DNA of 32,000 nt. Source: Methanopyrus kandleri AV19 (GTDB lineage: Archaea > JAADCQ01 > Methanopyri > Methanopyrales > Methanopyraceae). This document shows, piece after piece, positions 27,452 to 32,000 of this stretch. Under the pieces are notes generated by a model. The model was not told where the DNA came from. It searched no databases and saw only the letters and a program-made list of their open reading frames with translations. A program made the position numbers and the translations under genes. Positions within the stretch are counted from its first letter, which is position 1; every line of letters starts with the position of its first letter. The stretch lies in the NCBI RefSeq assembly GCF_000007185.1, contig NC_003551.1:450001-482000 (forward strand). The letters run 5' to 3'.

Positions 27452-28060
27452 TTAGAGGATGTCGGGGGGCTCCGAGTCCTTCCACAGGCGCAGCTTCTCG
27501 CGCTTCATCTTACGACGCTGGTCCTCGAGGAACCGGTACACGCGTCCGTGCGGGGCACCCGAGGCGAGCATTTCGATCGCCTTCCTCGCGATCTGAAGCT
27601 GTCTGGGCGTTCCGATAAGGGCCACCGTCTTGCCACGGATGGACACGTCGGCACCGCTGAGCTCCTCGATAAGCTGCCGCGTGCGCCCCTCTCGACCGAT
27701 GATCCTGGCCCTCTGCCGCTCCAACGCCTTCGGGTTGCGGCCGACGAGCTCGTACAGATCGATCACTTCGAGACTCGCGTCTTCCTCCCTCAGGAGTCGG
27801 AACGCACGCTCCGGGGAGAACCCTCGACCTATGGCCAACACACATTCTTTGGCTTTGATGAGATCGAGCGGATCCTTGACACGCTCGGTGGGACGGATCT
27901 CGACCTCGCCCGTCTTGCTATCTATGCGCAGTTCCACTCCCGTCTTTTCTTCGATGTAACGCTTGGTCTCGCCATCCTTGCCTATCAACACTCCGATACG
28001 ATCTTTGGGGATTTTCACGCGCTCGGCGCTCTCGTAGAATTCATCGGCCAGCTCCGCCAA
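27452..28060 (-). CDS. Double KH-domain RNA-binding protein (Dim2/Pno1-like)
   Basis: IGVLIGKDGETKRYIEEKTGVELRI and ARIIGREGRTRQLIEELSGADVSI (two GxxG KH motifs). TTG start 4 nt after the RIO kinase stop. Confidence 0.85.
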   Translation of the reverse strand: MAELADEFYESAERVKIPKDRIGVLIGKDGETKRYIEEKTGVELRIDSKTGEVEIRPTERVKDPLDLIKAKECVLAIGRGFSPERAFRLLREEDASLEVIDLYELVGRNPKALERQRARIIGREGRTRQLIEELSGADVSIRGKTVALIGTPRQLQIARKAIEMLASGAPHGRVYRFLEDQRRKMKREKLRLWKDSEPPDIL

Positions 28061-28064
28061 GTGC

Positions 28065-28850
28065 TCACCCCCGGACGTACTCGAGGGCCTCCTCTAACGT
28101 GGGGGTGTCGACACTTAAGCGCTCGAAGAATCGGATGAGGTTTCGCAAGTCACGTATCAACAGCTCTTCGGCGATGGGGTGATCCAGCACGACCCCTTGG
28201 GAGAAGTCTATGATCCTGTAGTCGCCCTTGCCCCCGTAGAGGATGTTGTACTCGCTGAGGTCGCCGTGGACTATCTCGGCTTTGCGATACATCCTGCGGT
28301 AGTCATCGAGGATATTCGAGAGAACGTCCTCCGCGTACTCTTCCTCCGGGGGATTATCTTTCATCAGCGGGTACGGGTTCCCTTCATCGTCTCCGATGAA
28401 CTCCATAATCAGCACGTTGTTCATGTGAGCGATCGGCTCGGGACACCTGACGCCTGCCTCGTAGGCGCGGGTCAGGTTCTTGAACTCCTTCTCGGTCCAG
28501 GCGTAGACGATACGGTGTCGCTTGCGCCCGATGTTCTTGAACCTGGGATCGCCTCGGATGTACCTCCACATCCGGCGGAAGTCGCTGGTGGCGGCGCGGT
28601 AAATCTTGACGGCGACTAGCTCGTCGCCACGGACTCCCCTGGCGACGTTGGCCTCTTTCCCTGTCTTCACGAACCCCATGAGCCCGTCGATGTATCCACG
28701 CCTGGACAGCTCGTACAGGGTCATCAGGGTGTACTGGTCGAAGACTTCCTCCTCTACCTTCAGATCTTCCAGGGTTTTCTCCAGTCTTTTGACCTTTCCT
28801 GGTTTCGGCTCCAGTTCCTCGATCGCGGAGAAGTATTTATCTTCAGACAA
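28065..28850 (-). CDS. rio1: RIO-type atypical serine protein kinase (Rio1-like)
   Basis: KTGKEANVARG (RIO STGKEA loop), VKIYR, LIMEFIG and IVHGDLSEYNIL (catalytic loop). 261 aa with no N-terminal wHTH, hence Rio1-like. Confidence 0.9.
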   Translation of the reverse strand: MSEDKYFSAIEELEPKPGKVKRLEKTLEDLKVEEEVFDQYTLMTLYELSRRGYIDGLMGFVKTGKEANVARGVRGDELVAVKIYRAATSDFRRMWRYIRGDPRFKNIGRKRHRIVYAWTEKEFKNLTRAYEAGVRCPEPIAHMNNVLIMEFIGDDEGNPYPLMKDNPPEEEYAEDVLSNILDDYRRMYRKAEIVHGDLSEYNILYGGKGDYRIIDFSQGVVLDHPIAEELLIRDLRNLIRFFERLSVDTPTLEEALEYVRG

Positions 28851-28852
28851 AG

Positions 28853-29197
28853 TCAGGCGCCCGGTATGATCTCCTCAAGGAGCTTGGTCACACGTTCGTC
28901 CAATTTACCCTTGCGCTTCAGCCAGTCGACCTGTACCCTAGTATACCTCCACGTAACGTCGGCGCGTTCAGGTTGGAATTCCCAGGGTTTCACGAGGACA
29001 ACGTCTCCTTCCCTGATCCAGACACGCTTACGCATCTTTCCGGGTATCCTCGCTACTCTAGTCTTTCCGTCGACACACCTCACCTGCACGCGGTCGTTAC
29101 CCAACATTTTCTCCACAACTCCGAATATTTCGCCTTCCTTTGGAAGTCTGATCTTCTTCAGGGTCTCGTCGTCGATGCGCTTACCCATCGGCGTCAC
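28853..29197 (-). CDS. eif1a: Translation initiation factor aIF-1A
   Basis: [58 protein letters not shown] is the S1-like aIF-1A core. Start is GTG 29197 or ATG 29188. Confidence 0.9.
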   Translation of the reverse strand: MTPMGKRIDDETLKKIRLPKEGEIFGVVEKMLGNDRVQVRCVDGKTRVARIPGKMRKRVWIREGDVVLVKPWEFQPERADVTWRYTRVQVDWLKRKGKLDERVTKLLEEIIPGA

Positions 29198-29452
29198 CCC
29201 CGTCTTTTGCCGGTCTCACGAGCTTAAGTACTTCCTCGGAAACGCGGACACACGCCAGTAGCGCGTCGATACCGGACAGCGCCTTCACGGGACTCCGCGC
29301 CTCGAACGTCACTTTGACGCGGTCCCCTCGCATACCGATCTCGTGGCGGAAACCTTTGGGTCCACCCTCCCACAGAACTCCGGAGGCTACTTCAGCGGGC
29401 AGTTTGAGGACGAGCTCGCCTCTGAGTCGCGAGTCGCCATCAACCCCTTCAT
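29181..29452 (-). CDS. Small Pcc1-like (KEOPS subunit-like) ORF absent from the track; the intact reading needs a 1-nt shift at a G4 run
   Basis: Minus-strand frame open 29181..29462 reads ..[86 protein letters not shown]. This has a Pcc1-like beta-beta-beta-alpha pattern. The first canonical start in frame is ATG 29333 (51 aa). An ATG at 29450-29452 overlaps the tyrS TGA (ATGA) but is one base out of frame; the frames join at GGGG (29444-29447). Confidence 0.4.
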
Positions 29453-30423
29453 GATGGTGCGCTCACGGCTTTCCTTACGGGTTTCAGGATCTCGGAGAGG
29501 TACCCCGCGGCGTTCTCTTTCAGGTCGAGCGGATGGAGCTCGCCGTCGACGAAGTCCCGCTCCAGCTCTTCGTAACTGGTGTAGGTGACATCGCCACCGT
29601 ATTTCTCCGGACGTTCGATCGTGACCTCATCGTACTCCCGGAATATGAAGTACCGATAGATCTCGAGGATCGGGTTACCTTCGGCTTCGCGGGCCGGACA
29701 GTACGCCTTTCGAAGCTTTTCCCGGATGACCTCCGGCTCGTCGTCGACGGCGATGAAGTTGTTCTTGCTGGAAGACATCTTCTCGTCTCCGTCGAGCCCG
29801 TGGATGATCGGGGTGTGTAAGCACGTCGGCGAGTCGTAACCTAGCTTGGGGAGCACGTCCCGGGCCAACATGTGGATTTTGCGCTGTTCGAGCCCACCGA
29901 CCGCTAGATCGACGTTTAGGTGCACGATGTCCAGTGCCTGCATAAGAGGGTAGACAACCTGGGATACCGGAGGGTTTTCCTCGCTCCTAGCGATCATATC
30001 CATGCTGCGTCGGGCTCGGCGCATGGTAGTATGACGAGCCATCCGGTACACGTCCAGCGCGTAGTCTTCGTCCAGCTGAAACTCCGACCCGAGGACGAAC
30101 TCGGTCTTGTTCGGGTCTAAACCCATCGCCAGGAAGCATCGGCGGTTGTAATCCGCCAGCTCACGTACTTCCTCTAACGTACCTTTCTCGTTGAGATACG
30201 CGTGGAGATCCGCGAGGAGTATGATCACGTGGAAGCCGGCCTCTTGGAGGTCGATCATCTTGTCGATGACCAACTTGTGGCCGAGGTGAACTTTACCCGA
30301 AGGCTCGAACCCGACGTACGCTACGGGTTCTTCTTTTTCCTCGAGAAGTTGTCGGAGCTCCTCCTCGGTTACGACCTCGACGGCGTTTCGGGTTACGAGT
30401 TTCAACCTCTCCTCGACGTCCAC
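29449..30423 (-). CDS. tyrS: Tyrosyl-tRNA synthetase (archaeal type)
   Basis: YVGFEPSGKVHLGH (HIGH-class motif) and KMSSSK (KMSKS), with archaeal TyrRS length of 324 aa. Confidence 0.92.
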   Translation of the reverse strand: MDVEERLKLVTRNAVEVVTEEELRQLLEEKEEPVAYVGFEPSGKVHLGHKLVIDKMIDLQEAGFHVIILLADLHAYLNEKGTLEEVRELADYNRRCFLAMGLDPNKTEFVLGSEFQLDEDYALDVYRMARHTTMRRARRSMDMIARSEENPPVSQVVYPLMQALDIVHLNVDLAVGGLEQRKIHMLARDVLPKLGYDSPTCLHTPIIHGLDGDEKMSSSKNNFIAVDDEPEVIREKLRKAYCPAREAEGNPILEIYRYFIFREYDEVTIERPEKYGGDVTYTSYEELERDFVDGELHPLDLKENAAGYLSEILKPVRKAVSAPS

Positions 30424-30455
30424 GGACGAGACCCCCTGGCGGCGTCCTGCGTCCG

Positions 30456-31520
30456 TTAAAGGTATTCCTCAGGAACCACTACGGCGACACCTTTCAGCAG
30501 AATCACGTACACGCGCTGTCCGACGTGAAGGTCGACATCGCTTTCATAACACTCAACCGTTTCACCCGTACGCTCCAACACGACCCGGGGCGGGGTGTCT
30601 TCGATCACCACGGCGGGTTCGGGCTTCAGAACCTCGACGCCCTTCAGCTCCTCCCACTTACGTTTGACCACCTCCCTGCTGATGAGATGACGCAGAGAAC
30701 ACCTCTCACCCAGACCTGTGACTAGATAAGGTTGGCCATCCACCAGTAGGATGTCGCCCTTGCGGAAATGAGGTATCCTCACGGAGATGGCGGCCTTGTA
30801 CTTGCGCTTACTGCGCTCGCGGTCGAATCCGACGAGCTTGTGCGACTCCCCTACGGTCCCGCCGTACGCATCGACGAGGCGGCGGGCGAGCTTGCGTGCG
30901 GCGTTGAGTGAACCGATGTAGAAGTCGATGCCCTCCTCAGGGTACTCCACGTCCGAGATGTAAGCCATGGGATCACGCTCGAGCAGTGAGGCGGCCGCCT
31001 CCGTCACGAAGTTCTCAACTTCCTCCCGCTCACGCTCGGTCAGCTTACCTCGGAGCGACCGCACTTGGAGTATAGCCTCGTAGTATCCCGACCGGAATTT
31101 CATGCATCGATCACACAGGGCGAATACTACCGGGACCTTGAGGTGATACTTCCGAGTGAGAACTTCCCCTCCTACCTCCCATTCACCCTCAGCGAGCAGC
31201 TCGACGAGGACGCGAGCTCCGGGACCACCCGGTTCACCCTTAACCTCCAGAGGTTTTATTCGGACATATACATCGGGAAGCGTTCGGAGGTTCTCCTCCA
31301 ACTCCCGGAGGACGTACTCTACGAGCAGTTCTTCGATACTCCCGACACCTTCAGGCGGATCTTCCCAGCGCAGCCCGGTGTGACGTGCTAAACACTGCGC
31401 ACAGACTCGGACCTCCAGTCCTTCGGGTACCTCGATCATCGGGTGCTCTTCAAGGTAACATTCCGGGCACAGGCCGTCTATCGTCGTATCGACCTCACGT
31501 CCGCACCGATGACATATCAG
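30456..31520 (-). CDS. NMD3-family protein (large-subunit biogenesis/export adaptor homologue)
   Basis: CAQC...CDRCMKFRSGYYEAILQVR is the NMD3 signature. The track starts at ATG 31439, but the same frame stays open upstream to 31520 and encodes (L)ICHRCGREVDTTIDGLCPECYLEEHP, the conserved first CxxC...CxxC knuckle. The only candidate starts there are CTG 31518-31520 and ATA 31515-31517. Confidence 0.85.
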   Translation of the reverse strand: MICHRCGREVDTTIDGLCPECYLEEHPMIEVPEGLEVRVCAQCLARHTGLRWEDPPEGVGSIEELLVEYVLRELEENLRTLPDVYVRIKPLEVKGEPGGPGARVLVELLAEGEWEVGGEVLTRKYHLKVPVVFALCDRCMKFRSGYYEAILQVRSLRGKLTEREREEVENFVTEAAASLLERDPMAYISDVEYPEEGIDFYIGSLNAARKLARRLVDAYGGTVGESHKLVGFDRERSKRKYKAAISVRIPHFRKGDILLVDGQPYLVTGLGERCSLRHLISREVVKRKWEELKGVEVLKPEPAVVIEDTPPRVVLERTGETVECYESDVDLHVGQRVYVILLKGVAVVVPEEYL

Positions 31521-32000
31521 CTACCCTTCACCCCCGTTCGAGACGTACGGGCGGTTGTCGGGAATGCCCACGGTGTTACCGACCCCTACGATGATCACGG
31601 TACTGTCTTCAGGGGCTTCCTTAGCGAGTTCGAGGGCACGTTCGGCGGCTTCTTCCACGGCGTCAACGACGGACTTGGGCATGGGCATGACGGCCTCCGT
31701 AGCACTCATCTTGATGGCTACCGCATCGAGATCGATGCCTTCGTCGGCCGCGATCTGCTCGATCTTGTAACTCTCATGGCCGGGATCACCCATGGCCACT
31801 CCCACGCCCTCGCTGACTTTGCCTGTCTTCTCTCCCTCGAGTTTGAGGGCGGCGTCGATAGTTATAATTTTGGAAACATCACCGTATTCCCTTACGAGCT
31901 TCTTTACGGCACGCCCCAGTCTGCCCAAGTTACCCCCAGGCCCATGCGCCTTGACTATCAGCAGTCTGCGACCCTCTAGCTCCTTCTCGGCGGCCACAGT
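31521..32000 (-). CDS. Conserved archaeal hypothetical protein, C-terminal part (5' end probably outside the window)
   Basis: The ORF is open to the window edge (track 31521..31997). It reads ...LLIVKAHGPGGNLGRLGRAVKKL...ITIDAALKLEG...GVAMGDPG...VIIVGVGNTVGIP. It may be DUF1512-like, but I cannot verify that. Its TAG stop is in frame with the NMD3 gene and directly abuts it. Confidence 0.55.
   Translation of the reverse strand, partial: TVAAEKELEGRRLLIVKAHGPGGNLGRLGRAVKKLVREYGDVSKIITIDAALKLEGEKTGKVSEGVGVAMGDPGHESYKIEQIAADEGIDLDAVAIKMSATEAVMPMPKSVVDAVEEAAERALELAKEAPEDSTVIIVGVGNTVGIPDNRPYVSNGGEG

Overview
The window is compact, about 60% GC, and almost entirely coding. Its gene content is archaeal and fits a hyperthermophilic methanogen. 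By recognition only (no search run) it looks most like Methanopyrus kandleri: cyclic 2,3-diphosphoglycerate synthetase, a methanogen-type HisA-related protein, TFE, NucS, Topo VI-A, FAU-1 and very acidic proteins. I support 34 protein-coding regions, including two partial genes at the window edges and one small ORF missing from the track, plus one tRNA-Ala(UGC). I saw no rRNA, CRISPR array, transposase or integrase. Most long ORFs lying antisense to or overlapping these genes look like high-GC shadow ORFs.

Housekeeping genes are carA, purL, hisE, trpF, tyrS, aIF-1A, a RIO kinase, a KH/Dim2-like protein, NMD3, top6A, tfe, nucS, a single-fold histone and cpgS.

Observations worth a second look:
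- **Exported three-gene module (19.7-26.4 kb).** It comprises a signal-peptide-bearing, membrane-anchored CobN/Mg-chelatase-family protein of 1310 aa, an acidic orphan, and a prenyltransferase/squalene-cyclase-repeat (alpha/alpha-toroid) protein. I interpret it as a possible extracytoplasmic tetrapyrrole capture or (de)metallation system.
- **Shared C-terminal signal.** All five exported proteins in the window end in a proline motif, a hydrophobic helix and an Arg cluster, which resembles a sorting signal.
- **Low-GC islet around tRNA-Ala.** There is an abrupt GC switch inside the M28 peptidase gene.
- **Two start-codon anomalies in the translation/ribosome-biogenesis operon.** A Pcc1-like ORF needs a 1-nt shift at a G4 run. 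The conserved first zinc knuckle of NMD3 lies upstream of any canonical start and is separated from the upstream gene only by one in-frame TAG.
- **A translationally coupled GT2 synthase / PIG-L deacetylase pair, and a HisA-like/ASCH fusion.**
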